DNA of 64,000 bases, taken from positions 18,264 through 82,263 of the forward strand of contig JBDSQB010000010.1 in the NCBI GenBank assembly GCA_039930045.1. Reading direction: 5' to 3'. The number at the start of each line of letters is the position of its first letter. Position 1 is the stretch's first letter. Under the pieces are notes generated by a model. The model saw nothing but the letters and a program-made list of their open reading frames with translations. It ran no database searches and was not told the origin of the DNA. Made by a program: the position numbers and the translations under genes. Positions 1 through 8,159 of the stretch are shown here, piece by piece. The stretch comes from Chthoniobacterales bacterium (GTDB taxonomy: Bacteria > Verrucomicrobiota > Verrucomicrobiia > Chthoniobacterales > DASVRZ01).

Positions 1-879
1 GGTGTTCTCGGCGGTGACGGTTTTTTGCAATTCATCGAGGCTTTTCTGGTTCCGCGGATAAATCGGGGTCCATTTTGTGCCGGCCTTGATTGCGGCTTCG
101 AGGGCAGCGTTGGCCTTGGCTTCCTCAGAGGCGGCGGCAGCGATCAGCGGTGCCTTTTTGAAGTCGGGCAGCAGTTCCATGCCTTTCTTGCGCTCGATCA
201 TTTCGTTGGCAAAAATCGCCTTTTTCGTGGTGACCTCCGTCTGCACATTCGGGATCAACTGCTGCGCATATTCCACCGCTGACGGATAGGCGCGGGTACC
301 GGGATAGGTTTTTTCCAGCTTGGTGAAAAGGTTCAAAGCTCCGAGAGAATCGCCGGCTTGACCCAGCGCGATCATCTGCTGCAAAAGCAGCGTGGCGTTG
401 ATCTGATCCTTTTGTTTCTCCACTTCCTGGGGCGTGTACCAGATGTTTTCGATCTTCACTTCACCAAAGGCGACGCGCTCTTTTTCCTTTTCCAAGGTGG
501 CGATCATTTCGCGGGCCTCCGCCACGTGTGGGCTCGTGGGATATTTGCCGATGAAGGCATTGATCTTGGTGTGAATCGCCGTGTCGTAATCGGCGGGTGT
601 GAATGAATTCGGCCCCGGTCCGGCGGCTTTCACAGCGGCAAATTCCGCCTCGGCAGGATCGGGTTTTTCGATGCTGGCGATGTCCGCTTTTTGAATCACC
701 CGCACGTCGGTGATCGACGCGCTCATTTTCACCTCCGCTTCGACCGTGGTGTCGGTGGTCTTGGTGATCTTAGCTTCGAGACGTTCGCCGGTTTTTAGGA
801 CAATCGTGTCAGCCATCAGCCAAGAAGACTGAAGAAACAAAAGCAGGCAAAAGAACGGATGAGGCTGGGGAAATTTCAT
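1..879 (-). CDS. hypothetical exported protein, partial (start at 879, runs off window start)
   Basis: Continuous minus-strand frame from ATG (complement of 877-879) to position 1. N-terminus MKFPQPHPFFCLLLFLQSSWLMA looks like a signal peptide. Absent from the ORF track only because no stop lies inside the window. Confidence 0.55.
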   Translation of the reverse strand, partial: MKFPQPHPFFCLLLFLQSSWLMADTIVLKTGERLEAKITKTTDTTVEAEVKMSASITDVRVIQKADIASIEKPDPAEAEFAAVKAAGPGPNSFTPADYDTAIHTKINAFIGKYPTSPHVAEAREMIATLEKEKERVAFGEVKIENIWYTPQEVEKQKDQINATLLLQQMIALGQAGDSLGALNLFTKLEKTYPGTRAYPSAVEYAQQLIPNVQTEVTTKKAIFANEMIERKKGMELLPDFKKAPLIAAAASEEAKANAALEAAIKAGTKWTPIYPRNQKSLDELQKTVTAENT

Positions 880-989
880 TTGAACGGGACTTTAAGCGGT
901 ATGTAAGACAATAAAAACGGAAATCAGCTTCGCTGTTGGCGAAACTTATTTACCCTGTAAATGCGTAATACGCGGCGTTTTGGCCGTAT

Positions 990-1475
990 TTATCCGAGCT
1001 GGGCGAGGATTTTTTCCACAATCATCGGCACTGGATCGGCGATTTCGGCCACAATCGCGTCTGTCGGTTCTTCCAAAGTGGCAAACTGGCTGTCGAGCAG
1101 GGCGGGGGACATGAAGTGATTCTGACGCGCCACAAGCCGGGAGCGGATGAGCTCCTTCGTGCCGTGCAAATAGATGAATCGCAGCCCCGCCAAACCTGCG
1201 GCGAGCCGGTCGCGATAGACTTGGCGCAGCGCGGAGCAGGCGAGGAAAACCGGTGTCGCCAGGCTTTGCCGCGCTTTCAATTCGCGATTCAACGTGTCTA
1301 GCCAGCCCCAGCGATCCTCGTCGGTCAGCGGCGTGCCGGCGGCCATTTTTGCCTTGTTTGCAAGCGGATGAAAGTCGTCCCCGTCGAGGAAAAGGCCGCC
1401 GGTTTTCTCCGCGAGCTGGGACGCGACGCTGCTTTTGCCGCACCCGGCGACTCCCATGACGATGTAGAGGCTCAT
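990..1475 (-). CDS. gntK: gluconokinase (shikimate/gluconate kinase fold)
   Basis: C-terminal 161 aa of the 990..1769 ORF: MSLYIVMGVAGCGKSSVASQLA (P-loop GxxGxGKS), then the DGDDFHP motif typical of thermoresistant gluconokinase. The ATG overlaps the upstream stop (ATGA). Confidence 0.8.
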   Translation of the reverse strand: MSLYIVMGVAGCGKSSVASQLAEKTGGLFLDGDDFHPLANKAKMAAGTPLTDEDRWGWLDTLNRELKARQSLATPVFLACSALRQVYRDRLAAGLAGLRFIYLHGTKELIRSRLVARQNHFMSPALLDSQFATLEEPTDAIVAEIADPVPMIVEKILAQLG

Positions 1476-2734
1476 TTCGGGAGATTTCCTCCGGCCCATG
1501 CGGGTTGCTGGCGCAGGTGATAGAGCATTTCCCCGGCCTTGCGCACGAGGAGAACGCCCTCGTCCTCGCGGTCGGCGAAGCTCTCGATATCGATGGAACT
1601 CGGATCGCGGTAGCCCATGTTGATCTTCTCGCAAATCTCCCGCGGAATACCTGTCGCGAGCGTGACTTTCGCCCGGCAGTGCTCGACGCCATCGACCATT
1701 TTTCCAATGCCGCGAACGTGCGTGCTGTGCGCCAGGATGCCCCAAGGCTTGTCCTTGAAACGGTCCCAATCGGCCAGAAAATAGTCGCGGCAGTGGTAGC
1801 CGATTTCCTCGATCAATTTCCCGTGAACGACCGAGACCTCGTGAATGTGCGGCGCGTAAATGATCAATTCGCCTCCGTCGGCCAGCACCGGCTCAAGCTT
1901 ATACATGCATTTGCCGCCGACCCAGAGCTCGTCATACATCTTCGGCGCGCAGGAGAGAATCGTGTGAAACGGCTTCTCTTTGTAAACGATATGTAACTGC
2001 CGCGACAGCTCCGACGCCTGATCCCACGCGCCCTCCGGCGTGCCGGAATAGAGCCCGGCGAGCTCGCCTTTTTCGACCACCATGCAGAAGCACAGCTTGT
2101 CCACATTCACCAGCGCCCCGGCGCGATCCACGACCTTGCGAACGGGCGTCCATTTGTTGCCGATGATCATCGGGTTCGTGACAACAGCGCCGAGCCAGTG
2201 GAAAAAATTCAGGATTTCCGGTCCGCCGATGCCGGGGAAAAGATATTTGTTTCCGCCCGAAAAGCCGACGACTTCGTGCGGGAAAACCGGGCCGATGATG
2301 ACGATTTGATCGTAGTCGAAGACGAGTTTGTTGATCTTCACCTCGACTTCCATCGCAAACAACCCGTCGGTCAACGCGGAGATTTCGTCCGCAGTGATCA
2401 TGCCCAGGCTGCGCAGCGCGGCGGGATTGTCCCACTCGTGGTTGAGGAGTTGCATTCGACTGTAAGTCGTCCGTCGCTCGTCCAGCGTGATCTCCAGGCG
2501 TTCGCAAATCGCCTCCTCGCTCATTGGCGGATGCGTCCCGAGGGCAATCATCACGTCGATGGCGGAAGTGACCTCAGCGAGCTGTTCATGAACGGCCTTG
2601 AAAACCATCCCGAGCGGGCAACCGCGGGTCGCATCGGGCACGACGAGGAGGATTTTCTTGCCGAGATAATTCGCCTTCGGACAAGCCTGCGTGACGATGT
2701 CGCGAACGGCGGCGGGGGAAACGGTGGTGCTCAT
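1472..2734 (-). CDS. LarA-like nickel-pincer-dependent hydroxyacid racemase/epimerase family protein (DUF2088)
   Basis: 420-aa ORF whose length and overall similarity (recalled from memory) match the lactate racemase LarA superfamily. It sits between gntK and an SDR gene. Confidence 0.6.
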   Translation of the reverse strand: MSTTVSPAAVRDIVTQACPKANYLGKKILLVVPDATRGCPLGMVFKAVHEQLAEVTSAIDVMIALGTHPPMSEEAICERLEITLDERRTTYSRMQLLNHEWDNPAALRSLGMITADEISALTDGLFAMEVEVKINKLVFDYDQIVIIGPVFPHEVVGFSGGNKYLFPGIGGPEILNFFHWLGAVVTNPMIIGNKWTPVRKVVDRAGALVNVDKLCFCMVVEKGELAGLYSGTPEGAWDQASELSRQLHIVYKEKPFHTILSCAPKMYDELWVGGKCMYKLEPVLADGGELIIYAPHIHEVSVVHGKLIEEIGYHCRDYFLADWDRFKDKPWGILAHSTHVRGIGKMVDGVEHCRAKVTLATGIPREICEKINMGYRDPSSIDIESFADREDEGVLLVRKAGEMLYHLRQQPAWAGGNLPK

Positions 2735-2740
2735 TTGGGG

Positions 2741-3565
2741 CTAAATGGTTTGACTCAAGAAACCACCATCGACGGCGAGGTCGATTCCTGTGACGAAGCT
2801 GCTGGCCTGCGCGCTGGCGAGGAAAATGACCGCGCCGATGAGTTCATTCGATGTCCCGAAACGGCCCATCGGCGTGTGACCGAGGATCGACTGCGCACGC
2901 GGCGTGGGAGTTCCATCGGATTGGAAAAGCAGGGCGCGATTTTGTTCCGCCGGGAAGAAACCGGGCGTGAGCGTGTTCACACGGACGCCGCTCGCAGCCC
3001 ATTCGCGGGCGAGAAATTGGCTCAAGTTCAACACCGCCGCCTTCGCCGCTGAATAGGCCACGACTCGACTCAACGGCAGATGCGCCGAGACGCTGGCGAT
3101 GTTGATGATGCTGCCCTTTTTTGCTGCGACCATCGCCGGGCCAAACTCCTGGCACGGCAAAAATGCGCCGCCCGCCAGATTGAGATCGAAGCTTTCCTTC
3201 CAATCTTCCAGCGCGATGGATTCAAACGCTTTCTCGGCGGTCACAGTCACCTTCGGGTTGTTTCCACCGGCGGCATTCACCAGGATCGTCGGTGATCCGA
3301 ATGCAACTTGAATGGCCTCGTGCGCCTGCTTCAGGCTCGCCGGGTCCATCGCATCGGCGGAAAAAAACTGCGCTTTTCCACCCGCGTTTTTGATTCGAGT
3401 CACACACGATTCACCGCGTTCGGCGCTGCGACCAAGTACCGCCACCGTCGCCCCCGCCGCCGCCAGCCCCTCGGCCAGCGCACCGCCGAGCACACCCGTC
3501 GCGCCAATCACCACCGCCACATCACCCGTCAGATCAAAAAGAGAATTCATAGGAAGGACCGGCAT
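2741..3565 (-). CDS. short-chain dehydrogenase/reductase (SDR) family oxidoreductase
   Basis: N-terminal VAVVIGATGVLGGAL Rossmann motif (TGxxxGxG-like), NAAG motif, and the S...YxxxK catalytic pattern (YSAAK). The start may be M6 (3550). Confidence 0.8.
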   Translation of the reverse strand: MPVLPMNSLFDLTGDVAVVIGATGVLGGALAEGLAAAGATVAVLGRSAERGESCVTRIKNAGGKAQFFSADAMDPASLKQAHEAIQVAFGSPTILVNAAGGNNPKVTVTAEKAFESIALEDWKESFDLNLAGGAFLPCQEFGPAMVAAKKGSIINIASVSAHLPLSRVVAYSAAKAAVLNLSQFLAREWAASGVRVNTLTPGFFPAEQNRALLFQSDGTPTPRAQSILGHTPMGRFGTSNELIGAVIFLASAQASSFVTGIDLAVDGGFLSQTI

Positions 3566-3600
3566 CTAAACAGAGGGCCGCCCTTTTGCGTAGAAAAAAC

Positions 3601-4539
3601 CTACCACTTCCGGGCCAGCACGCCGTCGTTTTCCGTGTCCTTGCGAAACGCCTCATCGAGCTTCGCGACCGAGGAAAAATCTCCGAAATACGTCGCAGCC
3701 AGCGCGCTGTCGTTCGTCGCGCCGGTCGCCAGCAGACCGAAAAATTTCAGAAACTTGTCGTCATCCTTGCCCACCAGAAACCGCACCAGCGCGTCGGACT
3801 CGCCATAAAACGTCTCCACCTCGTGCGCGTCTGTCGGGTAACTTTGCAGATTCATCAGGCGCTCCAATGGGATGTAACTCGCCCGTGGCACGAGCGCGCC
3901 GCCCGGTTTGCTGGCGTAACCGCGAGCCCGGTAATACGCGGCGTAGGCCTTGCGCGAGACGTTTTCCGCGTAGCCCTCGTTTAGCCAGAGCGGGATCTGA
4001 CCCGGAAAAAACCGGCTCACCACCAGATGCGCGATCTCATGCCCCAGTGTGCGACCCTTCCAGCGCGCCTTGCCATCGCGGAAAACAAACAATTCGCTGC
4101 CCGTCTGCAATCCGCCGGTCCAGGGATCGAGCCCGCCGGATTTCTGAAACTCCGCCCATTCCGCCTCGTTCTCGAAGATGAAAATGTGGGCCTTGCGCTG
4201 CCAGGTCGCGCTCTCTTTTTTCAAGTCGGCGGCGATCACCCGGTAATAAAACTCCGCCTCGACCGACGCCTCGGTCGCGGCCACCGCGCTGCGAAAGTGG
4301 TAGATGAAATTCGCCGTCTCCGCGTGCTGCCAGGCGGGCGGATTGATCGTCAGGGCGCGGACTCCGAGGTTGGAAAAATATTTGTTGCTCAAGTCGCCCC
4401 AAGCCTTCGTGGCGATGCCATCGAGCCCGCGTTTCTCCGGCGTTCCCGGCTTCGGAAGTTGCGCCGGGGCGAGGCCGGACCAGAGGAGCAAGGCCAGACT
4501 GGCGAGGTGAATCGACTTGAAGTGAAATGGAAAACGCAT
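3601..4539 (-). CDS. secreted putative zinc metallopeptidase (HExxH, peptidase MA-like/DUF1570-like)
   Basis: Internal Met followed by signal peptide MRFPFHFKSIHLASLALLLWSGLAPAQ. HEIAHL motif. The upstream part of the 376-aa track ORF is Arg/Pro-rich junk. Confidence 0.55.
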   Translation of the reverse strand: MRFPFHFKSIHLASLALLLWSGLAPAQLPKPGTPEKRGLDGIATKAWGDLSNKYFSNLGVRALTINPPAWQHAETANFIYHFRSAVAATEASVEAEFYYRVIAADLKKESATWQRKAHIFIFENEAEWAEFQKSGGLDPWTGGLQTGSELFVFRDGKARWKGRTLGHEIAHLVVSRFFPGQIPLWLNEGYAENVSRKAYAAYYRARGYASKPGGALVPRASYIPLERLMNLQSYPTDAHEVETFYGESDALVRFLVGKDDDKFLKFFGLLATGATNDSALAATYFGDFSSVAKLDEAFRKDTENDGVLARKW

Positions 4540-4585
4540 CGTGTCCCTTCTACAAGCAGCCCCCACGCCACAGACTGTGGCTTTT

Positions 4586-5344
4586 TTACTCCGCTGGCAG
4601 GGTGAAGCCGGCTTTTTTCCAGACGATCTGGGCTTCTGGGGTTTGCAGCCAGAGTTTGAATTCGCGGGCGTCGGGGGCGTTCGGGGCGTTGCGCAGGAGA
4701 ATGCCGGCTTGCTCCAGCCGGGGGTAGGCATCGGAGGGGATTTCCCAGTATCGGCCCTCGGCCTGCAGTTTCGGGGCGAGGGCGAGTGAGAGTCCGATGA
4801 GGCCGGCTTCGGCGGCGCCAGTTTGGACGAATTGGGCGGCTTGCACGACGTTTTCGCCGAGGACGAGGCGGTCTTTCACGGCGTCGTAAACGCCGAGCGA
4901 GCGCAGGGCGGCGACGGCGGCGCGTCCGTAGGGGGCGTGGTCGGGGTTGGCGATGGCGATTTTTTTCACCGACGGATCGAGCAGGGCGCGGATACCTTGT
5001 TTCGGAAGATCGAGAGGGGAGTTTTTCGGCACCCAAAGGACGAGGTGGCCGGTGCCGTAGAGGAAGAAATCGGACTCGGATGCCAGTCCGTCGGCGATCA
5101 ATTTTCTCGGAAATGCGGCGTCGGCGGAGAGGAAGAGATCGAAGGGCGCGCCGTTTTTGAGTTGCTCGTAGAATTTGCCGGAGGCGCCGTAGGTGGGGCC
5201 GATTTTCACGTCAGGATGAGTGGTCTGGTATTGGGCAATGAGCTCGGGGAGAACGAATTGGAGGTCGGATGCGGCGGCGACAAGGACGGGTTCGGCCGAT
5301 AACGATGCGACTCCGATGAGGAGAAAAAAGAGGACGAGTCTCAT
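4586..5344 (-). CDS. modA: molybdate ABC transporter substrate-binding protein
   Basis: Signal peptide MRLVLFFLLIGVASLSA followed by a ModA-like periplasmic binding fold (GASG, SADAAFP, ANPDHAPYG motifs). No modBC is adjacent. Confidence 0.75.
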   Translation of the reverse strand: MRLVLFFLLIGVASLSAEPVLVAAASDLQFVLPELIAQYQTTHPDVKIGPTYGASGKFYEQLKNGAPFDLFLSADAAFPRKLIADGLASESDFFLYGTGHLVLWVPKNSPLDLPKQGIRALLDPSVKKIAIANPDHAPYGRAAVAALRSLGVYDAVKDRLVLGENVVQAAQFVQTGAAEAGLIGLSLALAPKLQAEGRYWEIPSDAYPRLEQAGILLRNAPNAPDAREFKLWLQTPEAQIVWKKAGFTLPAE

Positions 5345-5450
5345 GCGAATGAGGCTGGGGAATTTTGTGGGCTGGGTCAAACATTCCGCCGTTCCTTTGG
5401 TCGGGTGATTGTGTTATGAGAGGGCTGTGTTTTTCTTCCAGTCGAGTTCC

Positions 5451-6899
5451 ATGGTTATCAGGCGTGCGGCGTTTATTCTGGCCGCGGTTTTGGGTCTGAT
5501 CACCCACGCTGCCGCGCAAAATCCAGTGCCGCCGGAGCCGATGCGGGAGTTTCGCGGAACATGGGTGGCGACGGTGTTTAATCTCGACTGGCCGTCGAGC
5601 AGTCATACATCGGCCTCGGTGCAGCAGGCGCAGCTCGTGGCCATCCTCGACAACGCGAAACGACTGAAACTCAACGCTGTCATTCTCCAGGTGCGGCCCA
5701 ACAGCGACGCGCTTTATCGGTCGTCGATGGAGCCTTGGTCGGCCTGGCTGACGGGCAGCATGGGGGCTGATCCGGGTTACGATCCACTGGCGTTTGCGGT
5801 GGCGGAGGCGCACCGGCGCGGGCTGCAATTGCACGCGTGGGTGAATCCCTTTCGCGCGCTCGCAACGACGGAGGGAGGAATGTCGGAGCGTCACATTTCG
5901 CAGCGGCATCCCGAGTGGATTCGGCGATTTGGGACGCAGCTTTTCATCGATCCGGGTGTGCCGGAGGCGCGGGAGTATGTGCAGCGGGTGATCCTCGACA
6001 TCGTGCGTCGCTACGACGTGGACGGGGTGCATTTGGACGATTATTTTTATCCGTATCCGGCGGGCAGCGCGGAGTTTCCCGACGGGGCGAGTTACAAGAA
6101 ATACAGCGGCGGCCTGGCGCGAGCGGAGTGGCGGCGGCAGAATATCGACCGCTTCATTTCCGGGCTCTACTCGGCGATCAAGAGCGAGAAACGCACGGTG
6201 CTTTTCGGGGTAAGCCCGTTTGGAATCTGGCGTCCGGGCGTGCCTGAGGGAACGACGGCGGGAGTGGATGCCTACGGGTCGCTGGCTTGCGACGCGAAGC
6301 TCTGGCTGCAAAAGGGCTGGGTGGATTATTTGTCGCCGCAGTTGTATTGGACGAGTGATTCGCCGGGGCAGAGTTTTACGAAACTTTACGACTGGTGGAG
6401 CGAGCAAAACGCGACGGGCCGCCATCTCTGGCCGGGCATCGCCACCGAGCGGATCGGCGCGGGCCGCAACGCCGCCGAGCAGGCACGGCAGATCAACACG
6501 ATTCGCCGGGGGCGCGGCGACGCGGGGCACATTCATTGGAGCAACAAATCGCTCATGCAGAATCGCGGCGGCATCGCGACAGCGCTGGCAAAGACGACTT
6601 ACGCCACCCTCGCGCTCGTGCCGGCCTCGCCCTGGCTGGACCGCGACAAACCGTCGAAACCCGCGCTGGTTTCCAAGATCCAGGAGGGCTCGCATTATGT
6701 GGACTGGGGTGAGTCGCAGTCGAATGTGGCCAGCTACCTCGTGCAATGGCAGACAACGACCGGGTGGACGAGCCAAATCATCGGCTCAACGAACACGGGC
6801 GTCGCCTGGCCGAGCGGAAGCGATGTGGTGCGGTCGGTCGCCGTGCGCACGGTCAGCAGAACTGGCATCCTGAGCGACGTGGCCTGGCTGCAACGCTAG
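5451..6899 (+). CDS. glycoside hydrolase-like 10 (GHL10/DUF187, YngK-like) family protein, secreted
   Basis: Signal peptide MVIRRAAFILAAVLGLITHAAA. Motifs REFRGTWVATVFNLDWP, LNAVILQVRP and HAWVNPF are typical of GHL10. Confidence 0.7.
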   Translation: MVIRRAAFILAAVLGLITHAAAQNPVPPEPMREFRGTWVATVFNLDWPSSSHTSASVQQAQLVAILDNAKRLKLNAVILQVRPNSDALYRSSMEPWSAWLTGSMGADPGYDPLAFAVAEAHRRGLQLHAWVNPFRALATTEGGMSERHISQRHPEWIRRFGTQLFIDPGVPEAREYVQRVILDIVRRYDVDGVHLDDYFYPYPAGSAEFPDGASYKKYSGGLARAEWRRQNIDRFISGLYSAIKSEKRTVLFGVSPFGIWRPGVPEGTTAGVDAYGSLACDAKLWLQKGWVDYLSPQLYWTSDSPGQSFTKLYDWWSEQNATGRHLWPGIATERIGAGRNAAEQARQINTIRRGRGDAGHIHWSNKSLMQNRGGIATALAKTTYATLALVPASPWLDRDKPSKPALVSKIQEGSHYVDWGESQSNVASYLVQWQTTTGWTSQIIGSTNTGVAWPSGSDVVRSVAVRTVSRTGILSDVAWLQR

Positions 6900-7630
6900 G
6901 CGCGCAGATAGTGCCAGCCGCGAAAGAGCCAGCGGCTGATTTCGTTGTAAACTTGATACGGGTAAGTCGCCAGGTAGCGGCGAAACGAGGAGAGCTTGAG
7001 CGATTTCCCGATTTGGATGGAGGACTTAAAGCCGGTCTCAGTCTGCGACGCGGGAAACGGGTAAATGTAGGCCGCGCTCAGGCCGAAGCACCATTCGCGA
7101 TCCATGGCGTGGTCGATCGGGAGTCGCATCGGAATGAGCCCTTCGACCAGCGCTTCCGCGGCGCGGCGGTCCACGACGTAGGCACCGGTGCCCTTCAGCC
7201 GCCCAAAGCCGATGCAAATCTGGTAGTGGCCAAAAAGTTTCCCGATCACGGCGGGTTTGCCTCGGGAGAGACCGGTCAGGCGCAGAATGTTCCAGCTCCG
7301 GTGGTAATGCATCGCCTCCTGAATGGCGGCCTCGAAGTCGGGTTCGAGCGTGAGATCGTCCTCGGCGATGAGCGCGTAATCGTCCTCGCTCGTGAGAAAT
7401 TCCCGCATCGCCTTCACGTGACTGAGATAGCAACCGACGTGACCCAGGCTCGTGGGGCGCCCGTGAAACCAGCGATAAAGTCCCTCCGAATACTCGGGAA
7501 TCGGCAGTTGCAAGGCGTGGCCATTGACGCCGGAGACGCGGTGAATGTCGAACTGTGTGCCAGCAAACGACTGGGAAACAGATGCCCAGCGATCCGTCGC
7601 GGAGTCGAGATTGATGATGTAAGCGCGCAC
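6896..7630 (-). CDS. glycosyltransferase family 25 (LPS/LOS biosynthesis, Lic2B-like)
   Basis: VRAYIINLDSATDRW N-terminus plus the GHVGCYLSH and AEDD motifs characteristic of GT25. Likely GTG start at 7630-7628, overlapping the upstream TAG. The track ORF extension to 7828 is Arg-rich and implausible. Confidence 0.65.
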   Translation of the reverse strand: MRAYIINLDSATDRWASVSQSFAGTQFDIHRVSGVNGHALQLPIPEYSEGLYRWFHGRPTSLGHVGCYLSHVKAMREFLTSEDDYALIAEDDLTLEPDFEAAIQEAMHYHRSWNILRLTGLSRGKPAVIGKLFGHYQICIGFGRLKGTGAYVVDRRAAEALVEGLIPMRLPIDHAMDREWCFGLSAAYIYPFPASQTETGFKSSIQIGKSLKLSSFRRYLATYPYQVYNEISRWLFRGWHYLRA

Positions 7631-8115
7631 TACATTCTCTCCAAAATCTGGCGTTTCTTCGAGGTGTATTCGTCCTCGGTGATGATGCCGTCGTCGCGCA
7701 GTTGGTAAAGGCGGCGAAGCTGCTCGTCGAGCGGCAGGTGATTGATGCGCCGATCGCTGGAAGCGCCTAGGGAAATGCCTGCCTCGTCCAGCGCGTCCTT
7801 CGCCATGCCGCCCTGCATTCGCGACCACGGCTCCACATCGCGTCGTGCTTTTTCGGGGTCAAGAACGATGCCAGACCCCGCCGCGCCAGCCCTTCCCAAA
7901 CCTGCTAAAATCATTCCCAAAACAATTAGCGCCATCCCGCCAAAACCGCGAATCGCCATGGAACGGCCAAAGTTCACACCCATGCTGAAGTCGCCAAAAT
8001 GGAGTGCAAATGACACGAAGCAGGACGCAAAAATCAGCCCGCCCAATGTCGCCAAGCCGAGGCCCGTATAATAAACGCCCTTGCGTCGGGGTGAGAGCTG
8101 TCTGCGGGGTGTCAT
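7630..8115 (-). CDS. SHOCT-domain membrane protein
   Basis: Two hydrophobic segments, then a C-terminal LRRLYQLRDDGIITEDEYTSKKRQIL segment, which is a SHOCT (short C-terminal) domain. Start taken at MTPRRQ. Confidence 0.6.
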   Translation of the reverse strand: MTPRRQLSPRRKGVYYTGLGLATLGGLIFASCFVSFALHFGDFSMGVNFGRSMAIRGFGGMALIVLGMILAGLGRAGAAGSGIVLDPEKARRDVEPWSRMQGGMAKDALDEAGISLGASSDRRINHLPLDEQLRRLYQLRDDGIITEDEYTSKKRQILERM

Positions 8116-8159
8116 CGAAATGGAAGATGGGTCACGCACTTGGATTTGACGAGTCTTTC

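Noticed and set aside
4389-5036. Arg-rich 215-aa ORF and other short overlapping ORFs (e.g. 946..1707, 1932..2507, 3308..3808)
   Set aside because: They carry extreme Arg/Pro bias and overlap well-supported genes on the opposite strand or another frame. These are high-GC frame artefacts
5211-6776. 521-aa minus-strand ORF antisense to the GHL10 gene
   Set aside because: It is Arg/Pro-rich, low-complexity and typical of high-GC antisense frames. The plus-strand gene has a signal peptide and family motifs
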